A stretch of 64,000 bases of DNA, from the NCBI RefSeq assembly GCF_006345805.1, contig NC_043022.1, positions 10,292,001 through 10,356,000 of the forward strand. Reading direction: 5' to 3'. Each line of letters opens with the position of its first letter. Within the stretch, counting starts at the first letter, position 1. Positions 54,365-64,000 of this stretch are shown here, in pieces. Source of the stretch: Octopus sinensis. Taxonomy: Eukaryota. The notes beneath the pieces were generated by a model, which was not told the DNA's origin, did no database searches, and saw nothing but the letters and a program-made list of their open reading frames with translations. The position numbers and the translations under genes are program-made.

Positions 54365-55444
54365 TCTTTTTTAATAATATATTATTATTAATATTAGGAA
54401 ATCAATATCAAAACTCCTCAGAAAGATATACACGTGTGAAAAATAATTGTTGTATTAAAAATAAATAAATATATATATATATAAGTATGTATAAGTATAA
54501 ATATATAATGTATATGACAGTTTAAAAGTTTTGAATTAATTATTTAAAGCATCTTACGATCGTTTCACAGAGGAGTTGTCTCTATAATGGAATCGTATAT
54601 TGATAAGCATTTATAGACAACGCTTCTGCTCTTCAGAGATATAAAATTCGAATTCTGTATAACATATCGGATGGTTTTTTCTTTTAATTTGAAGTAAAAC
54701 TATAAAATGGGGTTTGTTTGAAAGATAAATTAAAAAATTAAAAATTACTGCTTTTGATGAGAGCTGACAAAAATATTCATTCATAAATTTATTACACACA
54801 CACACATACACACGTGACACGCTTCAATACAGAAGTAAGATGGAAGCCACTTACCCAAAATGTCACCTACGCAGTGGGATCGAACTCGGAACCTTGTGGG
54901 CTGTAAATCAAACTTCGTAACCACACTGCTACATCTTCCCCTTACAACAGGGATCCCCAGCCAACGGGCCGCACAGAAAGAACAAAATTTACAACTCCCT
55001 TTTCATTTTATTGACTTCCACAGACTGCTTTTGCGTGAAATAAATGTAATAAATGTTTTTTATGTGTCATAGATATGTAACATACATGTAATATGAATGT
55101 AATATATATATGTAAAATATATGTGTTTTATGTGTTATAAATTATATATTATGCACTTTATTGTATCCCCAAAAGAGGTCGGGAACCGCTGCTCCTACGA
55201 AATTTCAAAGTAAAAACTGCACACACGTCATTCCCAACGGCAAAAGTAAAATTATGCATATACAGAAGATGGTATGCAGACGTTATCTAATTGAATAATT
55301 ACAATAAGTGTCCCAAAATGGCCTCATTTCCTGTTTATTGAAGCTATCCTCGTGCATTTTAATTGTTTTCCCTATTTGTTTAGTCTTCCAAAAACTATCA
55401 ATAATTTCAGACTTGCTGAATTATTCATTACTTTAAATTTTGCT

Positions 55445-55690
55445 GGTGGTGAACTAACACAATTGTTAACGTGCCGAACAAAATGCTTAACGGTATTTCT
55501 TCCGCCGTTACGTTCTGAGTTCAAAATTCGCCGAGGTCGATTTTGCCTTTCATCCTTTCGGGGTCGATTAAATAAGTACCAGTTACGCACTGGGGTCGAT
55601 ATAATCGACTTAATCCGTTTGTCTGTCCTTGTTTTCCCCCTCTGTGTTTAGCCCCTTGTGAGTAGTAAAGAAATAGGTATTTCTTCCGCC
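55445..55690 (+). mobile_element. SINE-B with the start of a second (dimer) unit
   Basis: Ends tagtaaagaaataggtatttc, the same junction as at 14675-14695. Confidence 0.88.
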
Positions 55691-55707
55691 CATTTCTTCT
55701 AAGTTCA

Positions 55708-55807
55708 NNNNNNNNNNNNNNNNNNNNNNNNNNNNNNNNNNNNNNNNNNNNNNNNNNNNNNNNNNNNNNNNNNNNNNNNNNNNNNNNNNNNNNNNNNNNN
55801 NNNNNNN
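55708..55807. other. Assembly gap (100 N)
   Basis: Run of exactly 100 N. Confidence 1.
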
Positions 55808-56214
55808 GTGTATTTATGTGTGCCTGTATGTATGTGCGTGGGTGGGTGTCTGTATATGTGTGTATATGTTTGCGTGTATGTATGTACAGATATATAAGTA
55901 CCGATTCTGAGTTCTATGCATATAAATCGCCTCGTTATTACTATTTTCACTGAAATCATAAGTTTTTGAATCAAGTGGACAACTATTGTAGGCGTCGTGG
56001 GGAGAAGTGGTTGCTAACAACAGGTGACGGGGTAGTAAGGTGACTGCAGATAAAGATGGTGGAGGAAAACGCGGAGTGGAAAAATTATCTTGCGCACAAA
56101 TGCGAGTCATTCAATGATAGTAGGAAGGGAGATAACTTTGTTGCAGCATTTTGTAATAGCATGTTACAGTTATTTCCCTTGAAAAGCGCAAAAGCTAACC
56201 TATCAAAAGTAGCA

Positions 56215-57035
56215 TCTGTGAGGTAAGAAGTTTGCTTCCCAACCACATGGTTCCGAGTTCAGTCCAGCTACATGGCACCTTGGGCAAGTGTCTTCAGCTA
56301 TAATCAGGGACCGACTAAATCCTTGTAAGCAGAATTTGTAGACGAAAACTTAAAGAAAGGCAATCTATCTATCGATATATATGTACATATATATTTATAT
56401 TATTATTATTATTATTATTATTAAGGTGTTAGCTGGCAGAATCGTTAGCACGCTCGGCGAGCTGGCAGAAACGTTAGCACGTCGGACGAAATGCGTAGCT
56501 GTATTTCGTCTGTCTTTACGTTCTGAGTTCAAATTCCGCTGAGGTCGTCTTTGCCTTTCATCCTTTCGGGGTCGATAAATTAAGTACCAGTTACACACTG
56601 AGGTCGATGTAATCGACTTAATTCGTGCGTCTGTCCTTGTTTGTCCCCTCTATGATTAGCCCCTTGTGGGTAATAAAGAAACAAATTATTATTATTATTA
56701 TTATCATCATCATTATTATTATTATTAAGGTGGTGAGCTGGCAGAATCGTTAGCACGTTCAACAAAATGCTTAGCGGCATTTAGTCCGTCTTTACGTTCT
56801 GAATTTAAATTCCGCTGAGGTCAACTTTGCTTTTCATCCTTTCAGGGTCGATAAAATAAGTACCAGTTAAACACTGTAGTCGATCTACTAGTCCCCTCCC
56901 AACAAATTTCAGGCTTTGTACCTATGGTCGACTTTGCCTTTCATCCTTTCGAGGTCGATAACAAAAGTATCAGTGGAGTTCTGAGGGTCGATGTAATCAA
57001 CTGCCCCAAAATTTCAGGCTTTGTGTCCTAAAGTA
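56215..57035 (+). mobile_element. Cluster: SINE-A 5' fragment and several SINE-B copies separated by (TAT)n
   Basis: B heads at about 56425, 56455 and 56728, plus a further B 3' piece at about 56925. Confidence 0.85.
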
Positions 57036-57394
57036 GTAATAACTATGAAAGACACATACTCAATGCACCTCCTTTGCTTGTTTGCTGGAAGGCTGCGGGT
57101 TGATTCAGTGGAGATGACTGTCTCAAAACCCAGAGTGTTAAAGTTATAGACAGATGAGACAACTCACTCCATATCCCATCCAGGAGCGATGGACATCGAT
57201 GTTTTGCCATTTCTGTGGCTTATCAGCATCACGCACCTAAACCAAATTGGAGGTGAACTGAATAGCCCATCCATGGCTGTATGCAAGATAGTGTAAAAAT
57301 TATTTGTTGGTATGACCTGACGATGAATACGTAGGAATAAATTCAAATATGAATTACGAGCAATGCTAGTGTTGTAAATATTATCAAATACACT

Positions 57395-57720
57395 TTCTCT
57401 CTTTTACTTGTTTCAGTCATTTGACTGCGGCCATGCTGGAACACCACCTTTGTAAGCCCAGTACTTATTCTATCGGTCTCTTTTGCCGAATCGCTAAGTG
57501 ACAGGGACATAAACACACCAGCATCGGTTGTCACGCAATGCTAGGGGGACAAACACAGACACACATATACACACACATACATATATACAACAGGCTTCTT
57601 TCAGTTTCCGTCTACCAAATCCACTCACAAGGCATTGGTCGGCCTGGGGCTATAGTAGAAGACACTTGCTCAAGATGTCACGCAGCGGGACTGTACCCGG
57701 AACCATGTGGTTGGTAAGCA
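57395..57720 (-). mobile_element. SINE family A, within a complex rearrangement
   Basis: Same consensus, with a short deletion in the tail. Confidence 0.9.
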
Positions 57721-58412
57721 ACGTTCAATAATAAATACTGCAGTTGATTAATTCAACTGAAATTCTTCAAGGTGGTGCTCCAGCATGGCCACAGTCTAGT
57801 GACTGAAACATGTAATGGATATGTAGGAATAAATTCAAATATGAATTACGAGCAATGCTAGTGTTGTAAATATTGTCAAATACACTTTCTCTCTTTTACT
57901 TGTTTCAGTCATTTGACTGCGGCCATGCTGGAGCACCACCTTTGTAAGCCCAGTACTTATTCCTATGTATCCTTTACATGTTTCAGTCACTAGACTGTGG
58001 CCATGCTGGAGCACCACCTTGAGGAATTTCAGTTGAATTAATCAACTGCAGTATTTATTATTGAACGTTGCTTACCAACCACATGGTAATAAGTACTTAT
58101 AAATGACAATGGTAGTGTTTGAGCAAGGTGCTTGGAATTATAGTTAAAACAACACAACAAATAAAGGTTTTAAAGTTTGCTTTTTATTTCAGTGTTAATC
58201 TCTGTTTGATAATCTACTGCATGAATTAAAATAAAATATATCTTAAGAAGTTGATGAGCATGACTTTGGCTCTGGCAACATTATAATTTCCTGGTTCCAA
58301 ATGAGTCAGGTACAACAACAAAAAAATTAGGGGTACAAAAGTTGCAATTGACTGCTACACTTTATTCAAATGCCTAAATGAAAGATGGTACATCTTGAAT
58401 GAACTTGTCAGA

Positions 58413-58450
<38 letters not shown>

Positions 58451-58457
58451 ATATATA

Positions 58458-58496
<39 letters not shown>

Positions 58497-59006
58497 ATAT
58501 ATGTGTGTGTGTGTGTATATATATGTGTGTGTGTGTATGTGTGTATATATATACATGTGTGTGTGTGTGTGTGTGTATGTATATATATATATATATATAT
58601 ATTGATATTGGTTCCTCGTGCAGTTGGAACTTGATTATGTGTGCTGGATGGAACAAAACAATATGTCAAAGCTCTCTGCTGAATAACTCTCCTGTCTCCA
58701 GACCAAAATCTGAACTCAATCATGCATTCCACCTCACTGAAGAATAGCGGAAAAAATTCTTCATTTTAAAGCTGAAGGTGGGCTCCAGTGAACAAACACA
58801 ATTTGCCTGCGCTTGGCTGGTCTATCACCTGATGGGACTGGATAGCCCACATAAAGCCAGAAAAACTCAACCATCAAGTGACTAGGTTGTGTGACCATTT
58901 GTAGCAAACACACGTATGAGCTGGTGTTGGGGTATTTAAAGCAAAACAACCGAATGATAAATATAATTCTGCTGCAATATAATCATGAGCAATATTTATA
59001 TCAAAG

Positions 59007-59212
59007 TTAGCTTTTGAGTGAAAATAGATATTTAATTGCTTGAAAACACTCTGCTTCTTCTAGAGCATCTCTCAGAATACGAAATTTGCTTCCCTTTGAA
59101 TTACAACTCTTAAACCACTTCTTTAACATTCGGTAACTCTGTTCTTCCGGATCACTAGGAAAGTTATTCTCAATTGCTGCCAGTTCATCTATTTCAATTT
59201 TTAAGAAAATCC
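59007..59212 (-). CDS. Terminal coding exon, remainder of the Death domain
   Basis: Acceptor cttttacag|GG, phase 1: (G)IFLKIEIDELAAIENNFPSDPEEQSYRMLKKWFKSCNSKGSKFRILRDALEEAECFQAIKYLFSLKS*. The EQ.Y.ML.KW and L..AL motifs are death-domain-like. In frame with the previous exon. Confidence 0.9.
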
Positions 59213-59779
59213 CTGTAAAAGATGCATGGAAAAGAAACTGTTACAACAACAACAACAACCAACATTAATGCAGCAAGACAGCAGTCCCCAACTTTTTTTG
59301 CCCAACGGACAGATTTCAGGCAAGACAGTTTTCCCACAACCCCAGGGATCACATGCATTACAAAACACAAAGTACATTAAATACAATTTAATTATTACAT
59401 ACTAGCATTATGACCCATCTTTGCCGGGTCATAGTGCTAGTGCATGTATATATGTGTACATATTACATGTACATCTATATATATACATCTACACATAAAA
59501 TACAAAATACAAAGTTATATCTTGATATCGCTAGTGATAACAATACTGAAAATATAACAGACTGGAATTGTATGACTATTCCATTTCTGCACGCTAATTT
59601 TATTTTTAATTTATTCCCATTCATGTGAAACCACTTATTCAAGTTCAAATCCTTGATGCAATTTTATACCAATTTCTATTTTTACTTTTGTTATGATACA
59701 ATTGTATTAAACTTTAGTTTGATTTTAATTATTACTTACTACATATAATTCAATTGTTATTATTATCTCTAATTTTTAT

Positions 59780-60027
59780 TGTTAAAGTGAAAGTATCTGA
59801 CATAAAATAGAGAAATGTTTTTGTTTCACTTTTAACATGTAATACTGAAATAGTGGAGAAGATATGATATTGCTGTGGGCTCGCCCTAGGCAAGAAGTTG
59901 AACATTTTTTTTTGCCCATGAAACTACATGGCATGTATAAAATTTGAATGAAATTGGTTGTGTAGTTCTCAAGTTTTAGGGAAACACACAGACAGACAGA
60001 CACTTTCTCAGTTATATATATAGAGAG
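59780..60027 (-). mobile_element. Helitron-like 5' part
   Basis: Minus strand TCTCTATATATATAACTGAGAAAGTGTCTGTCTGTCTGTGTG..CAACCAATTTCATTCAAATTTTATAC, a TC start plus microsatellite layout typical of non-autonomous Helitrons. Confidence 0.55.
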
Positions 60028-60106
60028 ATAAAGTACATACATATCTTATACATATATAATACACATATGCATATATAACTTATTTAATGCATATATATCA
60101 TGTATA

Positions 60107-61520
60107 TGAGGGCCGACTGAAATGCTCAGAGGCTGATCAAGATACACTCCTGGTATATGACCAAATGAGGTTTATTTTTCGTGGCCTATGCCAGGGGTGT
60201 AACCAGCCCACTTATGCGTACCTTTCCTTCATTGGACACTAAACTCTGCTTGCAAAGACCTGTTGAGGCAAGTGAAATCAAAATCGAAATCAAATTCGAT
60301 GACTGGCATCCGTGCTAGTGGAGTGTTAAGAGCACCATCTGAGCATGATCATTGCCAGAGCGGCTAACTAGCTTCTGTACCGGTGGCACATAAAAAGCAC
60401 CATTTGAGCATGATCGTTACCAGCGTCACCTTACTGGCACGTAAAAAAACATTCAAATGAGGTCGTTGCCAGTTCCGCTGGACTGGCTCCTGGGCAGGTG
60501 GCATATAAAAAACACCATTTGAGCGTGGTCATTGTCAGTACCGCCTGACTGGCACATAAAAGCACCCACTACATTCTCGGAGTGGTTGGCATTAGGAAGG
60601 GCATCCAGCTGTAGAAACTCTGCCAGATCAAGATTGGAGCCTGGTGCAGCCATCTGGTTCGCCAGTCCTCAGTCAAACCATCTAACCCATACTAGCATGG
60701 AAAGCAGACGTTAAACAATGATGATGATGATGAGTCCCTCTTGCTGTCCATACACTTCTTCCATCGGTGTTGCAGCACTTGGATGCCATTGATGAAGAAG
60801 CTTTTGTCTTGTTGCCCAAAAAAGTCATCAACAGCAGATATGAAGTCATTATCACTGTGATATTGGTTCCCAGCCAAGTGTCTTTTTTTTTTCAAGTTGG
60901 GGAACAGATGATAGTCAGATGGAGCCAAATCAGGAGAACAGCAAGGGTGATTAACCATTTCAAGCCACAGCCATACACAGCAGCCATTGAAACCAAGTAC
61001 TTGTGTGCTGTAGCATTGTCCAGATGAGACAAGATCCCTTTCATCAGTTTTCCTGGCAATTTGGTCTTGGTAGCCTTTCATAACTGTCTCAGCAAGTTGA
61101 TATAGTACACTCCATTGATGGCATGGCCCTTTTGAAGGTAGTCAATAAACACAATGCCTTTTACATCCCCAAAACTGAGAGCATCCCCTTCTTCCCGCAG
61201 ATGAGTCAACCTTGGCTTTCTTTGAAGCAAGTGAGGCGGGGTGTTTCCACTTCATGGATTGTCACTTTGTCTCTGGCTCAAAATAATTAGGAGATGTTCA
61301 AGGAAACCAGCTGGATCTGCCTCAAACAATGTCAGTTTTTCCCATGATGTGATCAGCCTGATGCACTTTTGATCAGGTTTCATATGTGGCACCCATCGAG
61401 TAGAAACCTCCACCATACCAAGTTCATTGTGCAGAATACTCTAAACTCGCTCACAGGATATGCTCATAGCATTGGCTATTTGCTTTATAGTGAATTGCCT
61501 GTCATCCATCTCCATGTGGG
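60107..61520 (-). mobile_element. Mariner transposon relic in intron
   Basis: TA|TGAGGG..AAA end at 60107. Transposase motifs HPCCSPDLAPSDYHLFPNLKK..RWKKC, RWVPH, GIVFIDYLQKG, with frameshifts and stops. Confidence 0.9.
60181..60733 (+). mobile_element. SINE with internal about 45-60-bp repeats and (GAT)n tail, nested in the mariner
   Basis: Repeated ggcacataaaaagcaccatttgagc. 3' GGCATTAGGAAGGGCATCCAGCTGTAGAAAC resembles the Meta domain as I recall it. Tail GTTAAACAATGATGATG. Confidence 0.8.
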
Positions 61521-61601
61521 GAACGCAATCAATGCTTTTCAAAAGCCTGCTTAAATGTAAAATTTATAGAAATAAGCAGTGTGTTGTAATTTTATACTTA
61601 C

Positions 61602-61673
61602 CAACTTGCTGCCATTTATTTGGTAATACTTTTGCTATCTTTTGCAAGTCCCTTTTCTCCAGTTTGTGAGAAT
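61602..61673 (-). CDS. Exon encoding the N-terminal part of the Death domain (same gene)
   Basis: Acceptor tttttgcag|AT and donor GTTG|gtaagt. 72 nt, phase 1 to 1: (D)SHKLEKRDLQKIAKVLPNKWQQV(G), matching the death-fold L..IA..L...W..VG pattern. Confidence 0.88.
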
Positions 61674-61859
61674 CTGCAAAAATATTTCAAAATCTTTCAC
61701 ATTATATTGGTTTCAAATTTTGGCACAAGGCCAGCAATTTTGGAGGAGGGTGTAAGTCAATTACATCAACACCAGCATTTGTAAAAAACAAGGCTTTCGT
61801 GTCAGCCTAGGGCTACAGTGGAATTCACTTGCTTAAAATGCACTGTGTTTGATGAGGGT

Positions 61860-62505
61860 TCCAGTTGATTCGTTCGCCAGAACAGCATGTACCCTTCATG
61901 TTGCTCTCTAGGAGATTCAGCACAGGAGGAGGAGACTCCCTTTGGTCATAAATAACCATGAGATTGCACCTTAAAAAGTTACCCTCCGAGGCACAATTTA
62001 GAGCAAGGTTGTTTATGGAAGACCAGCAGTCACCCATGCATACCGGCCTCCCCTCTCCACACCACTGATGTTATCCAAGGGAAAGGCAAAGGAGCCAATA
62101 CAGCTTCGCAACTCATTTCTACAGCTGACTTAACTGGAGCAACGTTAAATAAAGTGTCTTGCTCAAGAACACAACATGCAGCCAGGTCCAGGATTCAAGC
62201 TCACAACCTCACGATCGTAAGCTCAATGCTCTAACCACTGAGCCATGCACCTTCATGTAATATAGTATAATATAATATATTTACAAGGCAGCAAACAGGT
62301 AGAATGGTTAGCATGCCAGGCAAAATGCTTAGCAGCATTTCGTCTGTCTTTATGTTCTGAGTTCAAATTCTGCCATTGTTGACTTTGACTTTCATCCTTT
62401 TGTGGTCAATAAAATAAATACCAGTAGAGTATTTGGGGGATGGGGTCGATCTAATCGACCCATCTCTTCCCTGAAATTGCTGACCTTGAACCAAAACTTG
62501 AAAGC
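61860..62505. mobile_element. SINE-C (minus, 61960-62254) with F-tail piece, and SINE-B (plus, 62283-62505)
   Basis: Consensus matches. Confidence 0.8.
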
Positions 62506-62552
62506 AATATAATGTTTAACATACGTGTGCTGATGAAAGACCAGAGGCTGCA

Positions 62553-62655
62553 GTCCTCCAGTTTTACTAAGCCCTGTAAAAGAATTCAGAAGGTTGGGCC
62601 TTCAACCAGGCCTTTCGCAATATCCTTAAAATCAGGAACATTTCAGCACCCCTTC

Positions 62656-62702
<47 letters not shown>

Positions 62703-62890
62703 CACACACATACAGGCAGATCAGATAATTATGATTTTATTCAACATACTCCTCTCTCAGATTCACATACTTATTGCAGCAGTCCTTTGGGTTTTCTAAG
62801 CCCTGTAAAAGAACTCAGAAGTTTGGGTCCCCAGCCAGTCCTTTCGCAATGCCCTTAAAGCCAGGACGTTTTCAGCACCCCCTCATATAA
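62553..62890. mobile_element. Two mariner-derived MITE fragments in the same orientation
   Basis: Both end ttcagcacccc(c)tcat|TA (TIR-like). The minus strand of 62722-62800 encodes a decayed mariner C-terminus (GLENPKDCCNKYVNLR.EYVE*). Confidence 0.75.
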
Positions 62891-63044
62891 TCAGAAGAAC
62901 AACAGCCTATACACTAGGCCACATACCTTCACCTGACTATAAATCATGAAAAGACAGGGTAGTCACATCTGGAAAATCTATCTTCATAATTTTGCCAGAT
63001 TATGACAAAACTGGAACTAAAACACAACACAAACCACATTATTT

Positions 63045-63480
63045 CATACTGCGACTGTGTGGTTAAGAACCTTGTATCCCAACCATATGGTCTTGGGTTC
63101 CATCTCACTACACTGCATTTTAAGCAAGTGAATTCCACTGTAGCCCTAGGCTGACACCAAAGCCTTGTGTGTTGATTTGGTAGATGGAAACTGAAAGAAG
63201 CCTATCAAGCATGTGTGTGTATATCTGTATGAGTATGTCTTTATTTTTCTATTTCGCCCTCACCATCACTTGACAACTGGTCTTGGTTTGTTTGCATCCC
63301 TGTAACTTAGCAGTTCAGTTGAAAGAAGACTAATAGAATAAGTATTAAGCTTAGAAGGCAAGCATTGTGGTCAATTTGTTCAACCAAGCCCTTCAAAGTG
63401 GTACCCAAGCATGTGGTACCCAAGTATGTGGTACCCAAGCATGTGGTACCCAGTCCAATGAAAGAAACAAGTAAAAAACA
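63045..63480 (+). mobile_element. SINE-A, old copy, with a 15-bp tandem (GTGGTACCCAAGCAT) x3.5 at 63398-63451
   Basis: Diverged A layout. Confidence 0.8.
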
Positions 63481-63551
63481 AAACCAATGCAAAAGATGTA
63501 CCATTCAGTCGACGACCCACACAGACGAGAGATCATCAAATATTTCCTTAC

Positions 63552-63697
63552 CGAATCCATTTTTGGTTGTTACTGGTTGTCGACACTGGGGACACTTTCT
63601 CAGTCTAATTTTAGAGCATTCCCTACATGTTCTTTTGTGTCCACATGGAAGGAATTTCACAGTGACCTGGTTATCTCCACACAGCACACATTTATCC
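63552..63697 (-). CDS. Exon encoding a RING-HC (C3HC4, MIB/IAP-like) finger of a RING+Death-domain protein
   Basis: Acceptor ttacag|G and donor TTCG|gtaagg. 146 nt, open: DKCVLCGDNQVTVKFLPCGHKRTCRECSKIRLRKCPQCRQPVTTKNGF, with C-x2-C...PCGH...C-x2-C...CP-x-CR spacing. Ends in phase 1. Confidence 0.92.
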
Positions 63698-64000
63698 CTG
63701 TAATAGCGTAACAGAGAATAAAATAGAATATAAAAACACAGTCTACCAACGACATGAATTCAAACCAAAAATGACATTGTGTATAAGTTTTACAGTGAAT
63801 ATTAAAATGTTAAAGGGGAAAAATTATACTGGTGTTTTTGTATTAAAGACTACAGAAATATATTTATGATACCACAATATCTATGTATATATCTGTCTGT
63901 CCATCCATCACCTAGATCTATTTATCTATCTTTCTGTCTATCTATCTATCTATCTATCTATCTATATATCTTTCTGTATCTATCTATCTTTCTGTCTATC

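Noticed and set aside
55708-55807. Treating both sides of the gap as truly adjacent
   Set aside because: Exactly 100 N is a placeholder; distance and orientation are unverified.
58620-58900. Plus-strand protein-like reading (ELNHAFHLTEE*RKKFF...)
   Set aside because: Interrupted by stops, no motif recognised, probably 3' UTR of the RING-Death gene.
62560-62800. ttttacag|GG acceptor-like sites in the intron
   Set aside because: Part of mariner-derived MITE fragments, and phases are incompatible.
62927-63010. Extra exon between the RING and Death exons (good GT donor)
   Set aside because: Every tested acceptor gives a stop in the required phase-1 frame.

Overview
AT-rich animal genomic DNA dense in microsatellites and transposon relics. 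The SINE families match what I recall of Octopus (cephalopod) repeats, but that assignment is from memory, not a search. One gene is well supported: three spliced minus-strand exons at the right end (63552-63697, 61602-61673, 59007-59212). They encode a Mind-bomb/IAP-type RING-HC finger followed directly by a C-terminal Death domain; the 5' part of the gene lies beyond the window. The rest is mostly mobile DNA: at least seven tRNA-derived SINE families (my labels A-G; nested, dimeric, several with clear TSDs), fossil R4/Dong-, Tx1- and HERO-type LINEs, Tc1/mariner relics, Helitron-like elements and MITEs. A recurring set of short foldback elements carries minimal hammerhead-ribozyme-like cores with palindromic stem III, typical of Penelope-like elements. 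A weak chain of phase-compatible small exons may indicate a second, long-intron minus-strand gene. There is a 100-N scaffold gap at 55708-55807. Almost all long ORFs in the supplied track are microsatellite artefacts. No CRISPR array, rRNA or true tRNA gene was found.
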